Counted from the stretch's first letter, positions 50,097-59,620 are shown. The stretch: 64,000 bases of DNA from a bacterium (GCA_041690355.1 JAWLHK010000001.1:248001-312000), one strand, 5' to 3'. The notes: generated from the sequence alone by a model not told the origin. Numbers and translations are program-made.

Positions 50097-50105
50097 CAAC
50101 CGTAG
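49503..50105 (+). CDS. Hypothetical lipoprotein (paralog B); start uncertain (49503/49527)
   Basis: Lipobox FAAC; shares WA...Y, PDAEC...C and EWTRACETGG.CDGE with paralog A. Confidence 0.75.
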   Translation: MHRNPLVRMRLVSRGMLLLLFAACGADDNVDTPQEPAVEAPRWAHAQYTIVEGELAPGNDAIPRSFDGRLATFTQTDEGDLVVAFRDAEDGASVLVVFAFRESPQHGDTYSFSKGYGASVELSIIPDAECEWICNGYQGFGGTAHVTATTETVRITYRDVTLNYRELFPDSETDYQSTVQGVVEWTRACETGGACDGEQP

Positions 50106-50111
50106 ACGAAG

Positions 50112-50137
50112 AAAAGCCCCGGACGAACCGGGGCTTT
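50112..50137. terminator. Bidirectional intrinsic terminator
   Basis: aaaagccccgg-acgaa-ccggggcttt between convergent genes. Confidence 0.75.
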
Positions 50138-50182
50138 GGAAAGCGTTGCACTGTTGCAGGCAGAGCGCCCGCGCTGCGTGCC

Positions 50183-51955
50183 TTACCAGAGGCAGGTCGC
50201 CTTGACGATCTCGGGATCGACGTCGTGCTTCTCGAGGTACTCGCGGCGTTCTTTGTGCATGCGGTCGACCCAGGCCTTGTACTCGTCCATGCGGCCGGCC
50301 TTTTCGAAGAACCGGCGCGGCTGAAGGACTTCGGCCGGAACCGCTTCCACCAGCGCCTTGTTCTCGGGCGCGTCGACGTCGACGACTTCGTAGCCGAAAT
50401 CCTTGTCGATCGTCCACTTCACGCGGTCGCGCAAGAGCGCTTCGAGCATGGCCGAGCTGTGGCGGATCTTCACCTTGAGGGCCGAACCCTTCTTCACGTC
50501 GAGGTCGTCGCCGCCGATGTAGCCCGTGTTCATCATCCACATGGAGACCGACGGGATCGTACGCACGATCTCGTCGAAGCGCGACGCCTGCAGGCCGGCC
50601 GCCAGGGGAAAGAAGGGCTGCGTGAACGGCGAGCGGGTCTTGCCGCGCTCCTTGCCCGCCGCCGAGGTCTTCGAGGTCTCGCCGAGCATGAAGTAGCCCG
50701 ACGCCTGCTCTGCGGACGTAAAGCGGACGATCCCCGGCGTGGCCGCATCGGGGCCCTCGTCGCGATTCAGGATGCCGATGCTCGCCACCGGCGGCACGTC
50801 ATGCAGGTCGGCGGCGTTGGGAATGGCGGACAGGGGGAAGATCGAGCGGCCGTTCTGCGTCCACACGACGAAGTCCCAGCCGTCTTTCGGGATGCCGTGC
50901 GCATCCACGACCTCTTCGGCGGACACCTTGCCGGCGATGTAGGCGTCGAGGTTCTCGGCGTTGACGCGCGAGCTGATCAGGATCTCGCGGTGGGCGGCGG
51001 CCTCTTCGGGGGTGATGACCCCCTTGGAGAAATCGACCTTGCCCTGCGCATCCTGATAGACGTTCTCGAGCCACGCCGAGCGCTGCGTGCTGCCGCGGTA
51101 GATCTCCGGTTCCGTCTCGGGCGTGAGGCCGATCGTCTTCGCGAAGCAGCCGTTCTCGGTAATCGACAATTCCCCGTTCGGCCACAGGGTGATCATGTCG
51201 TCCTGCAGCGGGTGCGTTCCCTCGCCGTGCTTGGCGAAGGTGGTCGTCGTCTTGCCCGTTCCTGACAGCCCCATGATGGCCATCGTCAACTTCTTGCCGC
51301 CCAGGTCGATGACCTTGGCGCCGGCATGCATGACGAGCCCGCCGCGGCGGTACTGCAGATCGTTCAGCATCCGCAGGGCGCTCTTCTTGCTCTCGCCGAA
51401 GTAGTCGGGGCCGAGGATGTAGGTGTGGAATTTTTCGAGGTCGACGAGGATGGCCTGGCCCCCCGGCATCCCCGGGGCGTCACAGCCCGGCGTGTAGACG
51501 ATTGTGAGCGGCGCCTCGAACGGCTTGTCGGCCGCGCCGGGGCCCTCGACCGTTTCGCGCGAGAAGGCGAGCACCGACTGCATGCCGGCGATGTTGGCTC
51601 CCTCGATCGTGTAGAACCACTGCGCGCCCACCGCGCGGGGGCCGACGCCGAGGTAGCCGTCGACGCGGATCAGCCTGCCGGCCTGTTCGATGTAGCGCTG
51701 CTGGTGCGCGATCAGTTCCGCCGCCTTCTCGGGGGCGATCGTCTTCGCGCTGTACTTCTTCTCGTTGCCCGGCGGGGCGATGACGTAGGTATAGCCGGCG
51801 ACGCGGTTCTTGTTGTAAGAGGCGACCTTGTTGAGCGCGCCATAATCGGTCTCGCGCATGGCCGGGGTGTGCTCGAGCGCCAGCGCGCGAAGCTCGTCCT
51901 GACTCGGGTTGGCGATAATCTCGATCGTCCGGTTCCACGTGGCCGAAGCAGTCAT
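50183..51955 (-). CDS. pckA: Phosphoenolpyruvate carboxykinase (ATP), divergent
   Basis: YFGESKK, MHAG, GLSGTGKTT, QDD, ENGCFAKT, LENV, NGR, NTG motifs. Confidence 0.85.
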   Translation of the reverse strand: MTASATWNRTIEIIANPSQDELRALALEHTPAMRETDYGALNKVASYNKNRVAGYTYVIAPPGNEKKYSAKTIAPEKAAELIAHQQRYIEQAGRLIRVDGYLGVGPRAVGAQWFYTIEGANIAGMQSVLAFSRETVEGPGAADKPFEAPLTIVYTPGCDAPGMPGGQAILVDLEKFHTYILGPDYFGESKKSALRMLNDLQYRRGGLVMHAGAKVIDLGGKKLTMAIMGLSGTGKTTTTFAKHGEGTHPLQDDMITLWPNGELSITENGCFAKTIGLTPETEPEIYRGSTQRSAWLENVYQDAQGKVDFSKGVITPEEAAAHREILISSRVNAENLDAYIAGKVSAEEVVDAHGIPKDGWDFVVWTQNGRSIFPLSAIPNAADLHDVPPVASIGILNRDEGPDAATPGIVRFTSAEQASGYFMLGETSKTSAAGKERGKTRSPFTQPFFPLAAGLQASRFDEIVRTIPSVSMWMMNTGYIGGDDLDVKKGSALKVKIRHSSAMLEALLRDRVKWTIDKDFGYEVVDVDAPENKALVEAVPAEVLQPRRFFEKAGRMDEYKAWVDRMHKERREYLEKHDVDPEIVKATCLW

Positions 51956-52112
51956 AATCCGATTCTCTCCGTGCAGGATGGGTGGGTGTCGCCGCTGGGC
52001 GGAGGGGTCTCTTCTCAGGCCCCTGCTTCCAGCCTATCGCGGACGCGGCCACTTTGCCACCTGCGGCGGCGGCCGGCGCTCAATTCCGTTGACATGGGGC
52101 GGCCGCCGCCGC

Positions 52113-52243
52113 ATTCCTGATTCCTGATTCTTGATTCTTGAGCCGGAGAGGGCCAGGGAGGGAACGTGAGCGCACGAAAGCGCAAATGCCTACCCAACGT
52201 GCTTGCTCTTGCCTCTCAGGAATCAAGAATCAAGCATCAGGAA
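52113..52243. repeat. Composite heptamer element with self-complementary arms (ATTCYTG)n ... (CARGAAT)n
   Basis: attcctgattcctgattcttgattcttga ... tcaggaatcaagaatcaagcatcaggaat. Confidence 0.85.
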
Positions 52244-52259
52244 TGACGCGCTCTGCGCG

Positions 52260-54221
52260 TCAGGCCGGTGCGCCCACGGCGCGGCGCTGGCGGCGCGAGC
52301 GGAGATGCCAGAGCACGAAGAGGAACACCGCGAGGGCGACCTGGGCGAGAAAGCTCTCGACGGTGGGGAAGATGCCGAGAATCTCGGCCCGCAGATTCAC
52401 GGGGAGCGAGGTGACCGAGATGAGGCCCGCTTCCTGCAGCGAGTGAATCCCCTTGCCGAGCAGGACGACCGAGAGCAGGAGAATGAGCCCGGCCGAAAGC
52501 TGGAAGAAGCGCTGCAGCGGCAGGCGCGCGCCGAGGCGCAGCATGGCCCAGGTCATGATCGCAATGCCCACGAGCCCCACGACGAAGCCGAGCAGCAGGG
52601 CCGAACCGGTACCCTCGCCGGCTTCGAGGGAGAGCGCACGGTAGAAGAGCACGGTCTCGAAGACTTCGCGGTAGACAGCGAGAAAGGCGATGCCGGCGAA
52701 GGTGTAGAACCGGTTCTCGCGCACGGCCTGGCGCGCCCGCTGGTTCACGAAGGCGGCCCACTTCTGAATTTCCCCCTGCCCGTGCAGCCAGAGCCCGACG
52801 AAGAGGAGCACGACGACGGCGAGCAGCCCGACGACCCCCTCGAGCACCTCGCGCCCCGCGCCGCTGATATCGAGCAGGGTGTCGGAGAGAACCCACGTCA
52901 AGATCCCCGCCGCAATGGCCGCGATCCAGCCGGCGTGCGTCCAGTGGCGCGCGCGGGGCACCTGCATGCGGCGCAGAACGGCCAGCAGGGCGACGACGAC
53001 GAGCACCGCCTCGAACCCCTCGCGCAGCAGAATGAGCAGGGCCGCGAGCGCCGTCATGCCGAAACTCAGCTTGTCGCCGCCGAGCAACGATTCTGCTCGG
53101 CGGATCGTTTTGCGCGCCTCGGCGGCCGCGATCTCCGTCCGTTCCACATCCCCCGATTCCACCGCGTTGCGCAGCCCCATCATGGCCGCCTCGAGCTCGA
53201 CGACGATGTTCGCGTCCCGGGCGCGCAGGCGGGCCTCGAACGGCTCGATGCCGTCGAGATAGGCGGAAAGGGCAAGACTCCGGGCCTCGTCGTCGTTGCC
53301 GCCGCGCAGGGCGCCGACGGTCTTGTCGATCTGGCTCAGGGCGAGATCGAGCTGGCGGCGCGAGGCGAGAAAGCGGGCCGGGTCGAGACGCAGGGCGAGG
53401 AAAAGGGGATCGTCCTCGCCGCCGAGGGCCGCAGCCAGCTGGCGGTCGTTCTGCACAGCCAGGTCGTTCAGGTTCGGAAGCGTCCGCTCGCCGACGTCGA
53501 TTGCCGCATAGTCGGCCGCATCGAGCCGCCCCTGGTACTTCATGCCCGTGATGTAGAAGGCGAGCGACCACGCTTCCTCATCGGTGAGCTGCGGAAAGGC
53601 CGGCATCCCGGTCCCCTGCACGCCGTTGCGGATCGTGTTGAAGTACTGGAAGGGGGAGATGGACTTGGCGTCTTCGGTGCGGAAGCTGGCGGGCGCCGGT
53701 TCGAGCCCCGCGCCATCCGGTCCGTCGCCGCGCCCCTCGACGCCGTGGCAGGAGGCGCACTGTCCCGCATACAACCGCGCGGCGACCTTCATGTCGGGCC
53801 ACTCCGTCGGGGCCATGGGGATGCCGGTGCGCTCGAGCACGACGTCGCGCAGCTTCCCGGTCCGCTCGGCGATCTCTTCGGGGGGAACTTTGGCGTCGAC
53901 CGCCGCGCCGAGCGCCTCGAGTTCCGCGAGGAAGGCCGCGTCGTTGCGCAGCGCCTCGACCTCGCCGGCGGACTTGCGCACGGTGGCGACGAATTCCTGC
54001 TGTTCCTCATATTCCGGCGCGCTGATCACCTGGCCGTCCTGCACGGCGACGCCGTAGTCGCGGCCGATGTAGTCGAGCAGGTGCACCATGAGGCGCGGCA
54101 GCTCGCTCGCCTCGGAAGTTCCCTGGGCCGCGGCGGGCGCCGCAGCGGCGAGCAAGATCGCGCCGGCCAGCAGGGGCAGGAACAGGGCGGAACGGAGTAG
54201 GCGGAAGGGTGTCGTGCGCAT
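52260..54221 (-). CDS. Cytochrome c / FTR1 iron permease fusion (PbrT-like)
   Basis: LLDYIGRDY..AV, CASCH, two RExxE motifs (REGFE, REVFE). Confidence 0.9.
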   Translation of the reverse strand: MRTTPFRLLRSALFLPLLAGAILLAAAAPAAAQGTSEASELPRLMVHLLDYIGRDYGVAVQDGQVISAPEYEEQQEFVATVRKSAGEVEALRNDAAFLAELEALGAAVDAKVPPEEIAERTGKLRDVVLERTGIPMAPTEWPDMKVAARLYAGQCASCHGVEGRGDGPDGAGLEPAPASFRTEDAKSISPFQYFNTIRNGVQGTGMPAFPQLTDEEAWSLAFYITGMKYQGRLDAADYAAIDVGERTLPNLNDLAVQNDRQLAAALGGEDDPLFLALRLDPARFLASRRQLDLALSQIDKTVGALRGGNDDEARSLALSAYLDGIEPFEARLRARDANIVVELEAAMMGLRNAVESGDVERTEIAAAEARKTIRRAESLLGGDKLSFGMTALAALLILLREGFEAVLVVVALLAVLRRMQVPRARHWTHAGWIAAIAAGILTWVLSDTLLDISGAGREVLEGVVGLLAVVVLLFVGLWLHGQGEIQKWAAFVNQRARQAVRENRFYTFAGIAFLAVYREVFETVLFYRALSLEAGEGTGSALLLGFVVGLVGIAIMTWAMLRLGARLPLQRFFQLSAGLILLLSVVLLGKGIHSLQEAGLISVTSLPVNLRAEILGIFPTVESFLAQVALAVFLFVLWHLRSRRQRRAVGAPA

Positions 54222-54235
54222 GGGAAATCCTGGAA

Positions 54236-54703
54236 TCAGGAGGCTCGGGTCGAACGCGGGCGCCCGGCGGCGGAACAGCGGCGGCAGTAGCCGTAGAGTT
54301 CCATGTTGTGATGGGTCACCGTGAAGCCGTGCTCGCGGGCGACCTGCTCCTGCATGCGCTCGATGCGATCATTTTCAAACTCCTCGATGTTGCCGCAGCC
54401 GATGCAGATCATGTGGTCGTGATGTTCGTCCATGTCGCGCACGTGCTCGTAGCGGGCGTGACCGTCGCCGAAGTTCCACTCGCGGGCCAGGCCGGCCTCC
54501 TTGAGCAGCTTGAGCGTGCGGTAGACCGTGGCAAAGCCAATGTTGGCGTGACGCTTCTTGATCTCGTTGTAGAGCTCTTCGACGCTGGAGTGACGGTCGA
54601 CCTCGAAGAAGACCTCGACGATCAGGTCGCGCTGCTGCGTGTTCTTCAGGCCCTTCTGGCGGATGAAGTCGCGGAAGTGTTCGCGGGGGTCGACGGCGGT
54701 CAC
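54236..54703 (-). CDS. fur: Ferric uptake regulator
   Basis: GLKNTQQR, ATVYRTLKLL, HHDHMICIGCG, YGYCRRC; GTG start 54703. Confidence 0.9.
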   Translation of the reverse strand: MTAVDPREHFRDFIRQKGLKNTQQRDLIVEVFFEVDRHSSVEELYNEIKKRHANIGFATVYRTLKLLKEAGLAREWNFGDGHARYEHVRDMDEHHDHMICIGCGNIEEFENDRIERMQEQVAREHGFTVTHHNMELYGYCRRCSAAGRPRSTRAS

Positions 54704-54720
54704 CTGGGCTCCATTGAAAT

Positions 54721-54740
54721 TGATAATGATTATCATTAGG
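54721..54740. promoter_or_regulatory. Fur box
   Basis: Perfect 7-1-7 TGATAAT-G-ATTATCA; GATAATGATTATCATTAGG matches the 19-bp consensus at 16 of 19 positions. Confidence 0.9.
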
Positions 54741-54896
54741 ATACTCGATGCGTGAGCGGGTTGCAAGGGGCACGGGGGCTTTCAGTCTTCCGTTTGTCGC
54801 GGGCTCTCCTGCATTCCACCCGGGCCGCCCCCCCCTGCCGCCGATCCGTAACCCTTGCTATTTTGGAAAGAGCCAACGGCCATCCAGGGGGGGATC

Positions 54897-55703
54897 ATGG
54901 GGTGGATGCTCGTCAGCGCGGCGGCACTCTTCGTGTCGATTTCCGTCGCGCGCCCCGATGAGGCGGCACATTCAACGCCGGTCATCGTCGACTTTCGGTC
55001 CGCAGCCGGCGCCGATCCGGAATCCACCGCCCGGGCGTTGTGCCTGCGCTTCGGCTGCACCGTGCGCCACGTCTACCGCATTCTGCCCGGCATGGCCGTG
55101 AGCGGCGGCGACACCGTGCGCCTGGCGCGCGCCGCCGAGGTAGCGCGCGTCGTTGCCGATCCGGTCGTGCGCCTCGCACCGCACGGCCCGCATCTCATGG
55201 GTTCGCCGCCGGGAGCGCTGGTTGTCGTCGGGGCCCTCCCGGGCGACACGTTCGCCCCCGTGCGCCGCTGGCGGATGCGCACCGTGCCCACGGCCGCGCC
55301 CCCCGCCGCCGCCTCGCCGGCCGCCGCACCGTTCGGCAGGGTCGGAAGCGATCCGGCCGCGGGCTCGCCGGCCGGAGATCGCGGAGACGCGGTCCGCATC
55401 GCCCGGGAGCTGCTGCGCGACCCGATGCGTCCGCTCTGGCTCTTCGACGTCGTCGACGAAGACGGGCGGGGGCGCGCCTCGGACGTTCTCGCCGCGCTCG
55501 AGACGCTGGTGACGATGCGCTTCGCCGTAGGGGTCGTCTTCATGCCGCTCGCCTTCGCCGAGGCGCCGCGTTCGTCCCCCGACGATCCCGCGCGCGCTCC
55601 GGTGCTGCGCCTGTGCCGCATGGTCGACGACGTGCTGCGGCGCGGGTTGCTGGTCGTCACGGACCTGGATCGCGGGTGTCTGGCGGATCCGGCGCTGCCG
55701 TGA
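54897..55703 (+). CDS. Secreted protein resembling a truncated, catalytically dead subtilase (I9 prodomain plus partial S8 fold)
   Basis: Signal peptide; VIVDF..V.HVY.ILPGMAV..V..V.AD.VV; F.VVD.DG.G..SDV.AALE; ends at GLLVVT. Confidence 0.5.
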   Translation: MGWMLVSAAALFVSISVARPDEAAHSTPVIVDFRSAAGADPESTARALCLRFGCTVRHVYRILPGMAVSGGDTVRLARAAEVARVVADPVVRLAPHGPHLMGSPPGALVVVGALPGDTFAPVRRWRMRTVPTAAPPAAASPAAAPFGRVGSDPAAGSPAGDRGDAVRIARELLRDPMRPLWLFDVVDEDGRGRASDVLAALETLVTMRFAVGVVFMPLAFAEAPRSSPDDPARAPVLRLCRMVDDVLRRGLLVVTDLDRGCLADPALP

Positions 55704-56198
55704 GCGCTCGAGGCGCCCGAAGAATTCCGCGGCCACGTTAGGCGTTCCTACGTCAAGCGTCCCTTCCAAAGAGCCGTTCCCATTCGGACCATTGCTCCAT
55801 ACCGTGCTCCGTAGCTGGGCCGCCGTGAAGATCCGCCCTCTGGGCGGAGGAAGGGCAAAAAAACGATCGGGGGCGTCCTTACCTCAAGAGTGCGACCCCG
55901 CTGGGGTCGAAGGGCAAAGAACGAACAACGGGAGGCGTGCCTGATCGCAAGCGTGGGCACCGACCGACTACCGCGGAAAATGGTGCGCGGTCGACTCGGG
56001 AGCCGATGACAAGGGCGCCTCGCACGCAAATCAGGAATCCATCGTCCTCGGGTCCCCCCTCGGGCGACGACAGGGGGGCCCCGCGGCTCCCGCCACGCCG
56101 GAGCTACCGCTCGCCGTTGGCGCCCGTTGCGCCCGTGGGGGTACTATGATCGGAATTGTCTTTATTCCGTTTCTGCCCGCACCAAGGGGACGCCTGCA

Positions 56199-58127
56199 TT
56201 GGAAGAAAACGTCATTGACCGTGAGGCCTGGGCCATCGAAGACTCTACGCGCCTCTACATGATCGACCGCTGGGGGCTCGACTATTTCCGCGTCAACGAA
56301 CAGGGGAACCTGATCGTCACCCCGACGGAAGATCCGACGGCGACCATCCCCATCGTCGACGTCGTCGAAGAAGCCCTCGCCCGCGGCCTGCGCACCCCTC
56401 TGCTCATCCGCTTTCAGGATCTGCTCCGCCACCGCGTCGAACAGATCAACCAGGCCTTCGCGCGCGCCATTGCCGAGAACAAGTTCAACGGCAAGTACAT
56501 GGGCGTGTTCCCCATCAAGGTCAACCAGCTGCGCGAGGTGGTCGAAGAGATCAACGACGCCGGCCGTCCCTTCAACTACGGCCTCGAAGCCGGCAGCAAG
56601 CCCGAGCTCATGGCCGCGCTCTCGATCCACAACCATCCCGAGAGCCTGATCGTCTGCAACGGCTATAAGGACCGCCAGTTCATCCGCATGGCGCTGCTGG
56701 GCAACAAGCTCGGCAAGAAGGTCGTCATGGTGGCCGAGAAGCTGAGCGAGATTCAGTCGATCATCCGCCAGAGTCAGGAGATGGGGGTCGAGCCGATCGT
56801 GGGCATCCGCGTGCGCCTGTTCGCCAAGGGCGAGGGCAAGTGGGCCACCTCGGCCGGCGAGAACGCCAAGTTCGGCCTCTCGACCGCCGAGCTGCTCGAA
56901 GCGGTCGACATGCTCAAGCGCGAAGGGCTCGGGCACACCTTCAAGCTGCTCCACTTTCACATCGGCTCGCAGGTCCCGAACATCTTCACCATCAAGCGGG
57001 CCGTGCGCGAAGCCGCGCGCTTCTACGCCAAGCTGGTCAAGATGGGCGCCCAGCTCGATTACATGGACGTCGGCGGCGGCCTCGGCGTCGACTACAGCGG
57101 CAACCGCGCCAGCTTCCACAGCTCGACCAACTACTCGCTGCAGGAATACGCCAACGACATCGTCTACAACATCCTCGACGTCTGCGACGAAGAAAAAGTT
57201 CCCCACCCGAACATCGTGAGCGAGAGCGGCCGCGCCGTCGTCGCCCACCACTCGGTGCTCATCGCCGAAACCTTCGGACAGATCGAGAAGGCGCGCGGCG
57301 TGCACGAGGTCGAGATCACGAAGGAGAGCCACAAGCTCCTGCGCGACCTGGGCTACCTGCGCGACAACCTCGACCGTCGCGACCTGCGTGAGTCGCAGCA
57401 CGACCTGATGGCGATCAAAGAAGAGTCGCAGGCCATGTTCAACCTCGGCCTGCTCGATCTGGTCGTCAAGGCGCAGGTCGAACAGCTGTTCTGGCACCTG
57501 GCCGCCGAGATCCTCAAGCGCTTCCGGGACTTTCCGCCCGAGGAAATTCCCGAAGAAGTGAGCGACCTGCAGAACAAGCTCTCCGACCAGTTCCTCATGA
57601 ACTTCTCGGTCTTCCAGTCGCTGCTCGACCACTGGGCGCTCGGCCAGCTGTTTCCCATCAGCCCGATTCACCGGCTGCATGAGGAACCGGTTCGCAACAG
57701 CACGCTCGTCGACATCACCTGCGACTCCGACGGCAAGGTGAGCCGCTTCATCGATCCCTCCGACTACCGCGACACCCTGCCCCTGCACGCGCCCGACGGC
57801 AAGCCGTACTATCTCGGCTTCTTCATGACGGGCGCCTACCAGGAGATCATGGGCGACATGCACAATCTCTTCGGCCGCGTGCACGAAGTGCACGTCTTTC
57901 TGGATCCGGACGAGGAAGACGGCTGGTATATCGAGGAAATCATCGAGGGCTCGACCATTGAAACCGTGCTGCGCCTCACGCAGTACCACGAGAACGAGCT
58001 GGTCAAGGGGCTCAAGGCCCAGGTCGACGCGGCCATCAAGGGCGACCGCCTGAAACCCAACGAGGGGATGCGGCTGCTCGCCGAGTACGAGAAGACGCTG
58101 AAGGAATATACGTACTTGCAGTTCTAG
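56199..58127 (+). CDS. speA: Biosynthetic arginine decarboxylase
   Basis: VFPIKVNQ (PLP Lys), GLEAGSKPEL, HFHIGSQ, DVGGGLGVDY, ESGRA, DITCDSDG, GAYQE.MG.MHNLFG; TTG start with RBS AAGGGG. Confidence 0.95.
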   Translation: MEENVIDREAWAIEDSTRLYMIDRWGLDYFRVNEQGNLIVTPTEDPTATIPIVDVVEEALARGLRTPLLIRFQDLLRHRVEQINQAFARAIAENKFNGKYMGVFPIKVNQLREVVEEINDAGRPFNYGLEAGSKPELMAALSIHNHPESLIVCNGYKDRQFIRMALLGNKLGKKVVMVAEKLSEIQSIIRQSQEMGVEPIVGIRVRLFAKGEGKWATSAGENAKFGLSTAELLEAVDMLKREGLGHTFKLLHFHIGSQVPNIFTIKRAVREAARFYAKLVKMGAQLDYMDVGGGLGVDYSGNRASFHSSTNYSLQEYANDIVYNILDVCDEEKVPHPNIVSESGRAVVAHHSVLIAETFGQIEKARGVHEVEITKESHKLLRDLGYLRDNLDRRDLRESQHDLMAIKEESQAMFNLGLLDLVVKAQVEQLFWHLAAEILKRFRDFPPEEIPEEVSDLQNKLSDQFLMNFSVFQSLLDHWALGQLFPISPIHRLHEEPVRNSTLVDITCDSDGKVSRFIDPSDYRDTLPLHAPDGKPYYLGFFMTGAYQEIMGDMHNLFGRVHEVHVFLDPDEEDGWYIEEIIEGSTIETVLRLTQYHENELVKGLKAQVDAAIKGDRLKPNEGMRLLAEYEKTLKEYTYLQF

Positions 58128-58138
58128 GGCCAGACGTA

Positions 58139-58243
58139 AAGCGCCAAGTGCCAAGCGCTGAGCGCTGAGCGCCGACAAAAGCTAGGACCTGCGGCTCGAG
58201 TGTCTTTGCCTGTATTCGTCACTCGTCACTCGTAACTCGTCAC
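58139..58243. repeat. Composite heptamer element (GCGCCAA/GCGCTGA)n - core - (TCACTCG)n
   Basis: Between convergent speA and lipoprotein genes. Confidence 0.85.
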
Positions 58244-58244
58244 T

Positions 58245-58790
58245 TCATTCGTACCGAATCTCTCCGCTGCACGAATCCTTCCACCCGGTGCGCTCGTCGA
58301 TGCACAGGCGCGGGCGGCTGAGTTCAAAGGGTCCGATGTCCTCGCCCTCGGCGTAGACGCGGCCGCGGAGGTAGACCGTGTCGGACGAGACCGTGTAGGC
58401 GCCGCGGAACTCCCAGGGCTCGTAGGGGCTGTACCAGGCGCGGAAACTGTTCTGGCTGCGCCCCAGCGCATCGGTGTGCGAGAAGGTTCCCCCCCGGAAG
58501 AACACTTCGCGCGCCCCCTGGCGTCCCACGTCGAGGGTGTAGACGTCGTAGTCCCACCGCATGGCCAGCGGCTGCTCGAAAAGCAGGTGGTGAAAGCCGC
58601 CGTCATAAGTTCCGCTCCAGCTCCCTTGGGGCAGCAGCGTGGCCGGCGACTCCCATCCGTGGCAGACGGTCACCGCCCTGTCTTCGCACCAATAGGGATC
58701 GCCGTCTTCGCCGCAGGCAGGCGTCAGCACGCCGAGCAGAAGCACGAATACGAAGCGGTGGAACCGGCGCACGGTCGTTTCCGGCATCAC
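58245..58790 (-). CDS. Hypothetical lipoprotein (paralog of the upstream gene)
   Basis: Lipobox TPAC; shares G.W.G.YD.G.HHLL, YSP.E.WEFRG.Y, AEG...G.F...R.RLC. Confidence 0.75.
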   Translation of the reverse strand: MMPETTVRRFHRFVFVLLLGVLTPACGEDGDPYWCEDRAVTVCHGWESPATLLPQGSWSGTYDGGFHHLLFEQPLAMRWDYDVYTLDVGRQGAREVFFRGGTFSHTDALGRSQNSFRAWYSPYEPWEFRGAYTVSSDTVYLRGRVYAEGEDIGPFELSRPRLCIDERTGWKDSCSGEIRYE

Positions 58791-59620
58791 GGCGTCACGG
58801 TGAGCGTCTGTTCGACCTCGCGCGTCTCTTCGCCGTTGTCGACGCTGAAGGAGACGGTGTAGTCGCCCGGCTGCGTCGGCGCGCTGACGACGAACGAGAA
58901 GGTCGTGCCCGTGCGGCTCCAGTTGCCCACGACATCCGTCGGCGCCGTCACGGGGGTCATCCGGATCTCCCAGGCATAGGCGCCGCCCGCGGGCTGCGCT
59001 TCGGCGCTGATGCCGAGGTGCGTCCCCGCCGTAACGGGATTCGGAGCGAGCGTCGCGCGCGCGATGGCGAATCCGTCGTCGGTCGTGTCGGTGACGTCGT
59101 CGTCATAGTCGCGCGTCCAGTCGATGCAGACGTCTTCGGTCTTCGTCTCTTCGCGCACGCAGAGCCGGCGGCGGCGCATCTGGAAGCTGCCGACGGAGTC
59201 GCCTTCGGCAAGCAGGTTGCCGCTGAAGACGATGTCGCTCCCCTGCGTGTAGTAGCCGCCGCGGAACTCCCAGGCCTCCCACGGGCTGTAGCTCGCGAAG
59301 AAGCTGGCCTGGTCGGGAAACAGCGGCCCGTAGCCGTGAAAGGGCGCCGTGCGGAAGAACGGATAGCGAATCGCCCCCTCGCGTTCGACCCGCAGTTCGT
59401 AGGCGTCACCCTGCCAGGTCATCATGACCTCGTTCGTGTAGAGCAGGTGGTGGTGCCCCGCGTCATAGCTGCCGGTCCAGAAGCCCTCCATGACAAGCGT
59501 GTCAGGGGTCTCGTACTCGGCGCAGTAGCTGACCGATTCGGGAAAACAGGTGCTCCCGCCCGGGCCGCAGGCGGTCGTCAGCAGGGGAAGCAGAAGAAGC
59601 AGGGGGGTGAAGATTCGCAT
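58787..59620 (-). CDS. Hypothetical lipoprotein with C-terminal Ig-like extension
   Basis: RBS AAGGAG; lipobox TTAC; C-terminal PNPV.AG..APTQPGDYTVSFSV. Confidence 0.75.
   Translation of the reverse strand: MRIFTPLLLLLPLLTTACGPGGSTCFPESVSYCAEYETPDTLVMEGFWTGSYDAGHHHLLYTNEVMMTWQGDAYELRVEREGAIRYPFFRTAPFHGYGPLFPDQASFFASYSPWEAWEFRGGYYTQGSDIVFSGNLLAEGDSVGSFQMRRRRLCVREETKTEDVCIDWTRDYDDDVTDTTDDGFAIARATLAPNPVTAGTHLGISAEAQPAGGAYAWEIRMTPVTAPTDVVGNWSRTGTTFSFVVSAPTQPGDYTVSFSVDNGEETREVEQTLTVTP

Noticed and set aside
55850-55995. c-di-GMP-I riboswitch suggested by GGGCAAA and GAAA
   Set aside because: The GGCAAAC..GAAA..GACGCAAA arrangement is not matched; kept only as a generic structured-RNA candidate.
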